DNA from: Saccostrea cucullata
Taxonomy: Eukaryota
Assembly (NCBI RefSeq): GCF_032062105.1
Contig: NW_026937360.1
Span: 620,001 to 684,000 of the forward strand
DNA: 64,000 nucleotides
Reading direction: 5' to 3'
This document shows positions 1 to 13,835 of the stretch, piece by piece. The notes beneath the pieces are model-generated. The model saw nothing but the letters and a program-made list of their open reading frames with translations. It was not told the DNA's origin and did no database searches. A program made the translations under genes and the position numbers. How positions within the stretch are numbered: position 1 is the first letter of the stretch; each line of letters starts with the position of its first letter.

Positions 1-497
1 CTAAAAATATAAACAAATATAATGTAAATAAATCAGTGCCAATCGTAATTTTTTCACATCGTTTTATGTTCTCGTAATCTAAATGTTTTCTGAAGCTTGA
101 CGAGAATCCCTTTAGAATCTTAAAATTTGAAATCCACAAGATAAATGAAAAAGTACGGTTTCGATATTACAGACAACTGCTTCTTGAATGCTAGTAAATT
201 ATAAATTACTGATACTATCCTATTTTGAGATTTGTTACCAAGATATAATTTTGTCTAAAATCACATTTTTCTGTACTCACCAGTACTTTGAGGTTAAAGG
301 ATGCTTGTCTTCATCATTGACAACATTTATATAGTTTATTAGAGAGCAGTTCTTAAAGCAAACTTGGTATATTAAACATTTAACATTTTACAATTTTAGC
401 AAGTATGTAATAATTCTATTATCACGTGCATTTATTGGTATTTTGACTAAAATATTTCAAAGCAATTGTTAGACTTTTAATTTTCTGCTAGATTTAA

Positions 498-817
498 GGA
501 CAGATGATACAAACGAAAAATGGATGCCTGGATTGGTATACATTTTTTTTGGCCTAATTTCATTGCAAATGATGCAAATAATAAATTTCTAGAATATAAA
601 GAAATTGTAAACCTTCTGTGATGTTCAAAAGTCTGCCCTTCTGAAACCATTCTTATTAATCTATACAAATATTTTTCACTTTAAATTCCATTTTTGTGCA
701 ATTTTGAATAAAGAATTAAAAACTACGCGGTGAAAGTTATTCATTTTATTCATTTGAACAAGACCCAAGTTGTTATTTTAAAATTCTTTGACAAAAGTTT
801 GTTTGTATCATCTGTCC
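498..817. mobile_element. TTAA-flanked MITE (Kolobok/piggyBac-type non-autonomous element)
   Basis: ttaa-GGACAGATGATACAAAC at 494-514 and GTTTGTATCATCTGTCC-ttaa at 801-821: 17-bp perfect TIR with TTAA on both sides. Confidence 0.8.
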
Positions 818-1540
818 TTAATTAGGAATTATTCTTTCGCCCTCTTCAATACACAGAGCTCAAGTTTGACGTGACAGCTAGATATGTGATGTTTACTTCA
901 GTAAGGCACCAGATTCCATTTCTGGGGTTTTCTATGATCCGTTATTGTACTGTTTGGACATTTGTATTGTTTGTAATGATTTTTTTTTATCGATCGATCA
1001 CTGTTTGTTAGCGTGTTCATCTTGTTTTTACATGACTTAACAGAATTGATGGCCTCAAGGAAGAATGGCAAAAGCATCAAAGTCATTTTTAGATTGGAAA
1101 AATTACAATTCGCTCATATACACTTTCATACAATGTACCTCTTAACATAGTCGACATAGAGATACGTCCTTTATGAAAAATTAAAGGATAATGTTTCAAT
1201 GATCGCCCATCTCTATAAGTATCAACATGTGTGTATTCTGGAAAATTAATTGCTAAGTTCATTGGTCGTATTCATTAAGCCCATGTAGCTTAGTGGTTAG
1301 AAACCGTTGGTAAAGTCTAAATACAAGGTCAACCTCTCAGCATGGGTGTTCGTGCATTTTGTGCGGTAATTGTACAAAGAAACTTCTTATGAAATTCTTT
1401 AACAATGTTAAATTTCAAATATTATTTTCTTTCGAAATAATTATCATAAAAATGTATTTATTTATCTACCATTTCGAAATAAGATTTAAGATACCGTTAT
1501 ACAATGTATTAATATTTCCTCTCTGAAATATAATGCAGTA

Positions 1541-1755
1541 TTTATAAAGGGGCGGCACAATTATAAAAGCTGTAGCGGAAGTATTGATTAGATTAAGAAA
1601 ATTACACAGCGTCGAATTTTCCTATTTTAATAAGATTGTTCTGCATACTTTGGCGCCGTAGCAAAACTAAAGAGATGTTAATCTGGGAACTTCAAATTCA
1701 GATATATAATGAAAGGAAGGTGATTTGTGCATAAATTCTTACACTAAATATCAGT
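1541..1755 (+). promoter_or_regulatory. Probable promoter and non-coding first exon of the GPCR gene
   Basis: TATAAA-GGGGCGG-N-TATAAAA cluster at 1543-1568, then a strong donor CA|GTAAGT at 1754. The GPCR coding exon is preceded by an acceptor tcttgcag| at 4048. The linkage between them is inferred. Confidence 0.4.
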
Positions 1756-4065
1756 AAGTATTTTTCATTGTACAATACAACTATTTAAATGATTTCTCTT
1801 CCTTTGTAATATTTATATTAATTGTAATTTATTTTAGGGCAATATCTTTTAAATATATTACAGATTTGGGAATTCCCAATTATTTTTATAATGATGTATT
1901 TCCCTTCACTATTTGACAGGTACATGTTTCTTACCAAAATCATATACATTTGATGTATTTTTTTTAAAATTGAGATTTGTCGAGGACATTGCATGCTGTG
2001 GAAATTGAATAATCAAGAACCGTAGGTGATACTTGTAATGAAATAAAATGAAATGAATTTTATATCCTGAAATAATATTTTTATAATTGATACGAACTTA
2101 CATACCAAAAACTTACCAACCTACCAAAACGTACAAAAAAAAATATTTCTCTATTGAAGGAGATTCTTTCCACCTGCAGGTAGATGAAATTTCAGATTTT
2201 AAGGCAAAAAATAATGAGAATGCGTGCAGAGAAAATGAATCTTACCAAAAAAAAAAATGACAAATGAATTTACAGTCAACATGGCCAACTAATGTATTAC
2301 AGGAGGAAAACGAAAAGAGGATAACAGGAGAAGGGTGGGGGCTCTAATATCAAAAATCATGCTTTAAACTTTATTAACTTTTCAAAAAAAGACAAAATGC
2401 ACGTACGATACTTCATCATCAATTTTATTGTTTCGTTTTGAAGTGATTGTCTCCTGTATTATATAACATTATGTTTTATCAGCCTTTGTAATATATATGC
2501 AAATTCTATCAATAACAATCCTTAAGTAAGATGAAATTGTAAAATTACATGTAATTTTAAAAAAAAAAACATTGTCATTTTTCTATGGCTTATATAAAAA
2601 GTGTGTTGTATTTAAACGTTGCTAATTGATTTCAACCCACTTAACTTTAAAAGATCGGGGAAAAAAATATCTCATGTTGTTTAGTGTTTGACTTATAGGT
2701 AACATCTTGTTAATTCTCGTCTTTCATTTATCATGAAGTTCAGATCGACCATATGTTAAAAAGTCGAACATTTACCCTGTGGAGATAGTGATCGTAGGTT
2801 GCAGTACTCTATGGTTTATAAGTTTCAGGCACTCAGAAATTTAAAGCAATTTTTAATGGTTTTCCCCCGATCGCTTATAACTCTTAAAGAGATAGTCAGA
2901 GGTAAATTATTGTTACGTTTACTGCAGACTTGTTTCATTTAAGGTTTAAGAGGATCAATCTTCATTCCTTTAATCTTATTTCACTCTTCATTATAGCACA
3001 ATTTTTTCTTTCTTGAATTTTAATTGGTTCATTAATGTTTTAACCTACTCTTAACAACTTACCGTGGGTATAGATTGCTTTAGAACAAAGATTGAGAAAG
3101 ACATTGCAATTCAACATGTTCAACGTTACAAAATAAGCTCTGCAAAAACCAAAAAGTATTAATATGAACAACATTGGAATAGTGCAACAAAATCACAAAG
3201 TGGCTATTAAATAATCTCATAACTTATCATAATTCTTTCTATGGCAATTATTCTACAGATGTCTTAGGTTTCAATTAAGGGCATCAACGCATTTGCATGA
3301 ATGATATTGATATGAATATGTTAGCTAGGTCAAACAAATCCCCGAGATTTTGCTAATGAAGTACTTGATTTACATCAAACAGTAACAAATTCAATGTTAA
3401 CTTGCATCCTTACGAAGTAAATACTTTAATATCCAGCAATCTGTAAACTCGTTCATTCTGTCGATATTTTGCCTCGGAGTGCCCCATCCTCAAGAGTGTC
3501 TGCATTAATCTGGAAAGCTTTTCATGTGGTCATTGATGGAAATGTTTCAGTGTTCTCCATATAAGTGTCAGTGGGGAAATATTGGTAATGCATTAAAATA
3601 TAAAGTCGTAGATTTGCATGATATGACCTAGACTAGTGATAAGTTTAACCTAATTACAGCTTGGAATTGGGGGAATGGTATTGGTTTAAAAGTATCTTTT
3701 GTATTCAGAAAAAAATGACACACATCTAATATACATCTTAAGTATAGTTATGTATTATCATTCTTGTAGACCTATGTTTGAAATGTTCCTGCTAGACTGC
3801 TACTGTTTTCATGTAATGCCACTTTCATTCATAAGCACATGTAACGTTATTCTTAATCTGTCTTGAAAATGATTGAAGAGCATCGTTATCAAAATTGTTC
3901 ATCACATTCTCTCATGCATTGGATCAACAGTTTATTTACAAGGACATAGTTTAATGATAAACATTAAAAGTGGGTTTATATTTTATCAAACCAATTACTC
4001 TCGTTCCTACGGTGCTGCTAGATAATATTGTTTGTATTCATCTTGCAGGTTTACAAGAAGACACA

Positions 4066-5190
4066 ATGGGCGTTGAAACATTAAAAGACTGGAATGAGGA
4101 AGAATCGCAAAAGTATACGTTAAGCACGTGTATTCTTTCCTTCTACTTGGTTATTGGTTTGGTAGGAAATACACTAGTGATTATATTATATAAAACCAGA
4201 ATGAATTCAAAAAATGACGACAGATATTTTATTCCCGCAATAGCTATCATTGATCTTATTGGATGTGTGTTTTCCACAACGCTATCTCTGTTAAATAATG
4301 AACAACCCGTAATGTTTCCAGGTTCATTTTCTTGCAAACTCATACAGTTCGGAACGTGTTCATCCATAATTGCATCACTTTTTATGCTGTTAGTAATATC
4401 TGTCCAACGGTTTCAGAAAATATGCCGCCCATTTGGTTTTCAAATGAACTTGAATCACAAGAGGTTGGCTACAACTATAGCCGTCATATTGGCTTGTTGC
4501 TTTTCAATTCCCATGTTGTTGTTATACCAAAACATTGAAGTTACACATGAGACGAAAAATATAACAGGGCACATATGTGGATCCGCCCCGGGAACTGAGA
4601 AATTAGGTGATTTTACGAGAGCTATTTTAATCACCGTCGAAGTGGGGGCAGTTTTCAGCATGACAGTCCTATACATATTGGTTGGTCGTAAGTTGATAGA
4701 ACAGTTCAAAGTTTCACGAAAGCTACATGACATTAACTCCATATCTGGAACAAGTAACAGCGGGAGTAATGAACGGACAACAATACGAACTGTTCCATCA
4801 ATTGATGCTGAATTGACTGACAATTTCAGCAATGTTGAAAACGATAAAAAGGAACTTTTTCAACAAGATATGCGAAACGGTAAACGTAGAAGTACCATTA
4901 ACAGGTCCAAAAAGAAACCAGTTAGTAATGGCCGTCGCTACTCCATTATGTTTATGGTGATATCTTTAGTTGCAATTGTTTGCTACATTCCACCCTGGAC
5001 GTTTGTTATTCTGGAGGCCAAAGATTCAGATTTCTGGAGAAGTTTGACCTTCGATGAGGTCCAGGTTTTCTTGATTATTCGCAATCTTTATATCGTCAAT
5101 CATATCGCTAACCCTTTCATTTACGGGTTTTTTGATCCAAAGTTCAGACGTGAGGTGAAAAACTTGCTTTGTGGGTGTAAAATTCGATAG
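4066..5190 (+). CDS. Class A (rhodopsin-like) GPCR, peptide-receptor-like, 374 aa, single coding exon
   Basis: Seven hydrophobic segments: TM1 GLVGN, TM2 IAIIDL, TM3 CKL...ISVQRF followed by KICRP, TM6 CYIPPW, TM7 NPFIY plus helix 8 FRREV. The track start at 3970 is a GTG in intron sequence; the first ATG after the acceptor at 4048 is 4066. Confidence 0.93.
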   Translation: MGVETLKDWNEEESQKYTLSTCILSFYLVIGLVGNTLVIILYKTRMNSKNDDRYFIPAIAIIDLIGCVFSTTLSLLNNEQPVMFPGSFSCKLIQFGTCSSIIASLFMLLVISVQRFQKICRPFGFQMNLNHKRLATTIAVILACCFSIPMLLLYQNIEVTHETKNITGHICGSAPGTEKLGDFTRAILITVEVGAVFSMTVLYILVGRKLIEQFKVSRKLHDINSISGTSNSGSNERTTIRTVPSIDAELTDNFSNVENDKKELFQQDMRNGKRRSTINRSKKKPVSNGRRYSIMFMVISLVAIVCYIPPWTFVILEAKDSDFWRSLTFDEVQVFLIIRNLYIVNHIANPFIYGFFDPKFRREVKNLLCGCKIR

Positions 5191-5994
5191 TTTAGATGAT
5201 GGTATAATTTTCGAGATCCCTATTATGATGACTTATTTCATGTAAATATACTTTCAATGAACACTTGTACATATGTAGGAAGAGTTAAATCACAAGCCTA
5301 AGGTTAATTAAGACGACCTAACGTGTTTATTATGTACATGTTTTATACGTAATCGTCATTTAAAACATTCTTTTAGTATAGTTTTCTACACTAAATTATA
5401 AGCTATATTAAATTCTGAATTGTTATGTCCGAGTTCAACATTTATTCATGTTGAAACTATACAGTGTTTAATACAGAAATGTTGGATCCGTCCATATGTG
5501 CATATGTTTTGGGGAAAAAAGGGGGAAAATTTTTCTACAAGATAATTGTTGAAAAATGTAAATTATAAAATTTGAATAGAACATTTAAATGATGTGAATA
5601 ATTTTGCTTCTCTCACTACTGTAACGACAAAGTTAAGCACATGTATCATTATTTAAAGTGTAAATCGCCATAGACTTCTGAATGCTGCCATACTTTTAAC
5701 ATGTGATCATAAGATGCTAAGAATGCTCCAATGTTTCATAAACAGTCATAATTTTTTTTTTAAATACAGCATCACATCTGTTCGCAAAATATTAGTTTTT
5801 TTTTGTAAGAACACAATTCATATTTACAAATAAAAAAAATATATAATTAAACTCGAATAATAAAAGACAAGCAAATAATACTTTTGAAAAGTGTCCAGAT
5901 TAAAATCAGAAATATTGTTATAAATGGATGCATAAATAGTTCAGACCATGATGAAATATATGGAGATAACGAACGATATTCAATCTCAAAAGTT

Positions 5995-8445
5995 CATTAA
6001 ACAATACAAAATAGGAGCAGAGAAAACACGGACCTCCGACCTATCAAAGGTGGGATCAGGTGTCATGAAGGAGTGAGCATCCCCTGCCGAACGGTAACAC
6101 CTGCCGTGTGCTACTTTGGGATTTCAGGGAAAATCCGTGGTCAACTCAGTGTGTAAGTAATGGACAAGCAATTAGTATGAAAAGCGTCAGTCAGCATTTG
6201 ACTCGATAATAAATAGTGTTTGCTGACAAGATCATTGTGTCGACCATAAAACTTATGAAATGATGATAATGATTATAAACGAGACTGTTGTTATTCTTGA
6301 TTCATCAACTTGTTTCAATAATTAATCTCGTTTTAGAAATTGTACATACGTAGAGCATGCTCATGATCGAATCAACTGAGAGATATAAACTCCGTATACA
6401 GGTGATGAAGGTATATTGCTGCATAAGTATGGGCAGCTGACGATTGAAAAGTAAAAGTCATCACGTTTATCATAGAGCTTGTTTGTTAGTTTGCATTTAA
6501 CGTCCTTTTCGAGTAAAACATACAAATATGAAACAGGTGTGTCAGACTCGGTGGTATATAATATCTCAATATCACTGGGATATGTCGTATCGACATAAGA
6601 TTTGAAATAACCATTTTTAATTGATAATACGTCATTGATATTTCAGTACATAATTTTGGCAAATTCTGCTTCATATGAATATATAAAGTTCTTCTTATAA
6701 CGGTGCAAAATTGGTACCCATTGGAATTCCAATAGGTTGTTGGAAGACCTGGTCTCTAAAACCACATAGATATCGTCAATCAGAAACTCAAGCATCTTTT
6801 TTGATGTCAACTTCAGAGTACTTGTGTGTACAATCAGACTGTTTATTAACAACATAATTTTGCAAATGACCAATGACAGGGTAAGTAAATTTTCGAGTTC
6901 CATTTTATTGATAAAGCAGCTGTCGATTATATCAAAAAGCCTGGACTTTGAGTTATCATGGGAAATGGTTAAATACGTAAGTTTTGAAGCTATTGATTTT
7001 GGTAAAATTTTGTGAATTCAGTTTTTTTCAAAAGTTCTTTGGAATTTTTAAGTATGCACATCTGATTTACACCACCTCTCGAATATACGAGGGCTGTTCA
7101 ATAAATAATGTCCTGAACTATATGACATACATTACAGATATCATATGACATTAAACTTGACTTTCTCTCATTATTGAATTTTTCATGAATTTAAAACAGT
7201 TTATGTGACCACTTTTCATCACATATTTTCATCGTGAGAAGCTAAGAAACAAGGGCTTTTCGAGACACTGCATTAAAATTGAATGGTAAAGAATCAGTAA
7301 ACTAGAGTGAAAATAAAAGCTTCATTAAAGCTGCCGTAAACTTGTTAAAAATCCCAAACAAATATTCGCTGAAATATGTGACATTTACAGCAACAAATGC
7401 CTGTTTTATAGACAAAAGAGCAGGTAAATTTCAATGATAAAAAATTATATAATGGGCATTAAAAATGGGTACCCTCCTTGCCAACAAAAATTATAACAAC
7501 TTATGTACTGTTCGCCAAATTTCAACAAATAATATTTGATGATGCATGATTGACTTTAAGACACATAGCAAATTTGATAGACATCACATCGGGGGTAGTT
7601 TACACTGTATTTAAGAAACTTTTGACGGTAAAAAAGCTTGATACCCAAATGTCACCCTATATTTTGAAAAATGAGTTAAAAAGACAGCGTGTACGAAATT
7701 CTTAACAATTATTTTAAAATATCAGTAATTGTAGTTATCCACGTCTGTTTTATTTTCAAAAAGATATTGGAACATGAATATATTGCTTAAAACCCTAAAA
7801 CCAAAACTTACCATAAGATGTACTTGATAAAAACGGCGAATGTCTGATGATTGCACAGGTATGCAAGAGCACAAATACAGATTTATATGTAACTTTCTTA
7901 AACATTAGTGGTATTGCTGTTCAAAACCGTATTCGGAGAGACAGTTTAATTTCTGGAGGAGTCTAGAAAGCATTTTTTGGCCAAAAAATCAAAAGGTTTA
8001 TTGGAGGAAGGACCCAGAATCAGGAATCCACTACACTGAATTTCTTCAAGACAGCGTCCAAACCCGCATACCCAGAAGAGTAAAGGGGTTTTCGGGATAA
8101 ACAGAAAGTTAATGTTTTTTCACATAAACAATATTCGCTAGATCTTTGACCGTTTGACTTGTTTCTATTTCCAAGCTTGGAAAAAAACACCTTTCAGAAG
8201 GAAGAAACAAGTCCGGGAAATCATTGGATCTGCCATTTTCCAGTATACTAAGGGTCATACCCAAAAATGAGTTCTAAAAACGACCAGAAATTGGATGAAA
8301 AATGTTACGGACATATATTTTACTTAAAAGAGATTAATTAGTAAAATCATGAAGACTAAATCATTGAAAAGCGTCTTTTGCTTCTTTCTGAGCACCGAGG
8401 ACATTATTTATTGAACAGCCCTCGTATTGTCGCACAGTACGTATG
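5995..8445 (-). mobile_element. Degenerate Penelope-like retroelement (RT region and 3' end), split by a mariner
   Basis: Minus-strand frameshifted motifs YCATIYSRGGVNQMCILKNSKEL (joined across the mariner), KMLEFLIDDIYVV, VFQQPIGIPMGTNFAP and YSYEAEF. The 3' motif at 6027-6111 is shared with the copy at 48241-48325. Confidence 0.8.
7088..8424 (+). mobile_element. Full-length but decayed mariner transposon (1337 bp)
   Basis: 27-bp perfect TIR CGAGGGCTGTTCAATAAATAATGTCCT with TA on both sides. A degenerate YSPDLAPSDFFLFPKL-like motif (YSLDL*PFDLFLFPSL) lies at ~8132-8180; no intact ORF remains. Confidence 0.92.
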
Positions 8446-11400
8446 TTTTATACATTTTCCAGAGAAGAAGTCATCCAAGTTCGATGTTTGATAGAGTTCT
8501 TCAAACATTTAGGATGTCTAAATTTATTTGGTCATTCAGTCTTAGCATTCCAAATAATTCCAATTAATTTGAGATTACTTTAATACATGCATTAAACGTA
8601 CAGTGTTTCAGTGTAATCATTCATTTTTAATGATTTCGCGTCTATAAATATGTAACTAAATCATGAATCTTTAATCTAAAGTGTTCTTGTTGTGATCAAT
8701 TTTTTTAAACAAGATCGAATAAAAAAGATCAAATGCTCTAGGGTCATATTTTATTCCATTCGGCGATCAAACGCTATGCATATCTTCATTTCACAAAACC
8801 GACTAAAAGGTTAATCCACAAATTTTGCAATTTATCAGGAACAGATTTTATTGTACAGGCGGCTCTTAGAAATGTATACAACGTGCTTCTGAATGATAAT
8901 GGAAGTCAGAACTCAGTAGACAGGGGATGGAAGATGGCAGAAACTGATTTACAAATATTTGTTCCAGAGAATAATATTTGTTTTCTGTCACTTAGATTAC
9001 AAGATTTCAGATTTTAAGAATGCATCTTTATGAAAAGCGATTCAGTGATTTAACGATAAAATTGGATTCCTTACGAGAAAAATTATTTGCTTCATCCCCC
9101 TTCTATTCTTTTGTAAACAGAAATGTTATACGAGGGGTGCTCATCTTCGTATGGTATTGAAATAAAACTCTCTCTGTGTTTGTTCGAAGAAGCATGTTAG
9201 ATCGTACTTCGCAATAGTGTTTATTATGACTAGACAGTGTATCGCAACGTCTCATATCAAACCGCTGAGTATATTGGTTAATGTCATCAAGTTTCAGGGC
9301 TGCTATTTTACCATCATGCCACACAAATTAAGCTTCTGTGAAGCAGAGATGTCTGAATTATTGCATTTGTATTAAGTTGTTTCTGACATATAGAGGATGT
9401 CTCTAAGAAAGTATTTTAGAAAAGACATAGGCACACATTGGCTTTGAAATACACATCTTAAACAACATTTAATCTTCAAAGCTACATTGTTAGGTTTGGG
9501 TTCATAATGTCATTTAGTTTCAGGAATGCAGGAATTAAAAAAAAATCTTTAAGGACAATTCTTTACATTCAGGCTTTCTGTGATAACTTTGAAAAATAAG
9601 ATAACAGATATAAGTCAATATCCAGGTATAAGTAAAAAGTGTATTTAAAACATTTTCCATCATCAGTATTATTCAAATAAGATGATTAAAAATTATAGTT
9701 TCATGAGAAAAAGGGGAAAAAAATGTATCATCATAGAAAAGTTATAATTTCTTCAATATTTTTGTTCGATATTTGCCTCATTTACATTAAAATAAATAAA
9801 ATACAATTTTATCCCGATACATGCATCATTGTTTTGCTTCTAGAAGGTGTCAAAAAGTTGAAACATGAAAATGAAAATTTTAAATGTCAGTGCAGTAGAT
9901 GTACATTCTCCGTGAGCCTAACGTCACACGAAAGGTTGATAGTCAGCTTTTGGGTAAACTGCGTCAACGCTCAATTTACTGAACATGTATATGTTTTGAT
10001 ATTGCTGTATGTCTCGGAACGGAGCCATTTTTCATCAGATTATTTTGTTATGTATAGTGTTTGGACAAGAGGGGAAATTGTGATTTTGATGACCCTGCTT
10101 TTCTAAGGAGTAGGACTCAATATTTCAAATAAAAAATTGCAATCTTCAGCAAGTTTCATTTTAACCTTTGATATATATCAGGTAAACAAATGACGTGATT
10201 AAATTAAGAGATGAGGCTTTTCAAGTTCTTGGCCTCTTCATTAAGACAGGGAGTTAGACCTTAAACCTGTGTCAGTTGTATTCTATTGAAAATACTTTAG
10301 ATTTGTAAAATTCTTTTCTTACCATTGGTATTTTGAAAGATCCTGTTTTCTTGATTGCCATTTACATTTCGACCCCTATCAAACTGGTATAAATTCATGG
10401 TAATGGTACCAAGTACCAAGTAAAGCTAAGATGGTCATATGTAGAAGTTATCCCGCTTAAGATAATTTTGTAGATCACTGATTGGGAGAAAACTAATCAC
10501 ATGACGCCCTGATACTTAAATAATATATTACAATTTTAGAAATACTCTTCTACTCAATGACATCAAGCATGAAACAGTTGGCATGTTTACAACAAGCAAT
10601 AATTATTACTTTTACGAATAGTGTAAAATTCTGTCCTCTTGGTCCAGGGTTCATGTCAAAGATTGAAGTTAATATATTGAAATTTATTTAACACTCTATC
10701 TTATCTTGTTTATGTTTTAACCTTTAGGAGACATGCAACATAAATTTGATATTGATTTCAGATATTTTACCACGCTATTGAAATTTTGTCACATAAAATC
10801 AGAATTATTCCACTTCCAGGCAAAACTGTAGTGGTCATACTGAAACGGAAATTGGTGTTGTGATTTAGTTTCGTTTTAACGTTAGACCTACGTTCTTATA
10901 TAAATTCTTAAACACTAAAAATATTAATTCTCAGATCATATAAGTAGTATGAGACTGCCTATATACGGGGCTGCACTGAGGTAATACATGTTGTATTACG
11001 GGAACCCAGGGGACCTTTCTGGTGACGGAGTGGATAAACATTATTGCATTTAAGACCAAGGCACTGCAGGGGCACTGTTTCACAGTACACCAATGCACGT
11101 AAGACCTAAATAAGGCAGTCACTTGGTTTAGAGAGAGGTGGCACCACAGAATGTGCCAAGATGCAGCAGTATATTTATGTTGAAGTGATACAAGAATTTT
11201 ATTTGCACGTTACAATACTTTAAGTTATTACTTATATCAACATTAAGACATAAGAGTATATTTGCTTACCAGACAAAAAATTTAATTTCCAACACTGGCA
11301 CTGTTGAAGTCTGACAAAGCATTTTGCAAAATGTGAACGTATATTTATGTTGAAGTCAATTTTATTTCTTATAGACCAATGGGTTAAAATATTAAGCTAA

Positions 11401-12312
11401 CATGCAATAGACAGTTAATTCTGTTTTAGGTGGCTAGTTTATTCTGTTTTAGATGGCAATGAAAATATCGCAAAGATCTCTGAAAAATTGGACCAGGAAA
11501 AATAAATTAAATAAGGAAAGATACCATAACACTAAATTCGAGGTTAACAGATAGGTGGTCTATCCCATTAGGAAGTTGAAGTGTTTAGCCCACATAGCAT
11601 CCCGCATCATCTTTCCCTGTTGATCAATAAGATTTCCGCATGACCAAGATATACAAACGTAATTTACTGTGTCAAAAGATCCTTGAATTACTATCTAGCG
11701 TATCTAACAATCTGTTCAGCCCACATATCAACTTCTGAGCAATATGGCTATGTTTTTTTTAAATACATGTTCATTAACTAGACCAATCAATTCTCCTCTC
11801 TGATATCAATCTTCTTTCGCCCCAAATTGCACTTCATCCCAAAAAAAAAAATCTTCGTTCGAATGTAGAAGACTTTAATAGAAGAAAATACATTTATTGA
11901 TAAACAACACAAAACAAAAACAAACCGAGCATGAATTATCTAATGCAATGTATTGACGTGTTGTAATAAAAGAAAACGAGACTAAAAATAACATTCAAAG
12001 AAGGAGACATTTGCGCAATATCTTGAATTGCAGAAGTAATTTATCAGTTATTGATATAATTTGTGACCTAATTTGATAAGATTTATTGAATAATATTATC
12101 TTAATATAAACAAACGTTCTATATAAATATGGTTGTTTTTATATCGGAAAATAGAAAAGAATTTAGGATCTACATAAATTATATCTTTTTGCATTAAATC
12201 CATAGTCATGATATCAACAGACCCTATATTATTATGCATTTTATGAATGATGTGTCAATTGCGTGTAATTAAACGTCTTGTACATTTTTACACTGTAGTA
12301 CGTTTTGATTAT

Positions 12313-13768
12313 TTACAAAGGTTGGACAATGCCTTTTTGCATGACGGGGCCGTCTATATGCAGTAGGAGAAGAGGCCATACTAGGTAATCACATAATTTA
12401 CCACTCTTCGTGTACTCTTTGTAAAAATCTCTGTTCAAAGGATCTTCCCTTTGGCAGGTAAAATCCAAGAACATGGGGACCTCTTGCATTCTCATCATCC
12501 AGCAAATGGAAATTGAGGCTTTTATGTAAATCTCACAACTGTGGATATATTCGCCATATTTGGTTTGAAATTCTTTGTCAGCTAAGATTTTCTGTAAAAT
12601 AATATTTACTAGCAACGCAAAAAAAAAAAAAAAAAGAATAAAGATATTGATACTGACATATTTCTTACAATGAAAATTATAATTTAAAAGGGCATATGGT
12701 TTCTCATTTTCAGGAATGTTTTATATACATGTATTAGCATAGAAACAAACGATTAATTATATTGTAATATTGCTAATATCGGTTAGGCAATAGGAAACAG
12801 ACGATTAATTACATTGTAATACTAATATTGATAAAAACGTGGGCGTTGGATAGGCAAGTAGTGCATGATTCTCTAGGGTTAATTGAGATTAATTTATATC
12901 ACTGCTGATTAAGTATTGGATTTTTCTAGATGAAATTCGTTTAATTAAGCAAAAGATCCATATTTGTAAGCAAACTAACACAAGCAAGAAAACTGAGATG
13001 CTGATTATTCAGAATTAATATCATATATACCTTCTGAACTCGACCAACAGAGTCAGTTCCACACATTAGTTGTATTTCCTTTGATTTTTGTCCTTGTTCA
13101 GCAATCACATGTGGAGAATCTATCTACATGTTTAAATCATCAGTGGAAATTGTAAAACATAGTCCAAATATAATGCTAAGAAGAAATGGACATTTTTAAA
13201 GACAATGATACATGTATTAATACCTCTTCATCAAAGTATATTCCAAACTGTCCCAGGTGATGGCGCTGTTGTTCACTTATTATTTCGCAGCTGGTATAAA
13301 TATTCTATGTAAAAAGAGAGTAAAACTACAAGAATACAATATTATTATATATTTATTTTCTAATTCTTTTAAAACCATTAAATTTGTTTTGAAATATATT
13401 CATCTATCAGGAGCTTAAGGGATTATAATATGATATTTATTGAGTAAATCAAACTACAAAACAGATTAGACATAATGTTATTGTGGAACGTATAGATATA
13501 AAGCTATTGCTTTCAATAATAATTATAACCTGTAGAAGTTCTAGCAATATCTTGACGGTTTCTTCCTCGCTTCTACCAATGGCTACTTTCTCGAAAGCAT
13601 CTGACCACTCGTTGTCATAGAGTTCTGAGAACCTCTCAGCTACGTTGAGTGGTCTATTGTCATCACTTAAGTCTGTAATGGAAGGGTTCCCATCCCTAAG
13701 TCGGGATCCCGCAATGGTGCTTAATCTAGTTAGAAAAAATAGGTGAGTCATCGCTGCATTTTGTGAAT

Positions 13769-13835
<67 letters not shown>

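Noticed and set aside
3970-4065. N-terminal 32 aa of the 406-aa GPCR ORF
   Set aside because: It starts at GTG and spans a polypyrimidine tract and splice acceptor, so it is intron/UTR sequence.
9103-9350. Possible C-type-lectin-like exon (RCDTLSSHNKHYCEV)
   Set aside because: Only a faint Cys pattern, with stops in the upstream frames and no supporting exons.
9723-10106. 127-aa ORF and the many other short ORFs in the track
   Set aside because: No recognisable motifs and AT-rich compositional bias; most are antisense shadows of real exons or lie in repeats.
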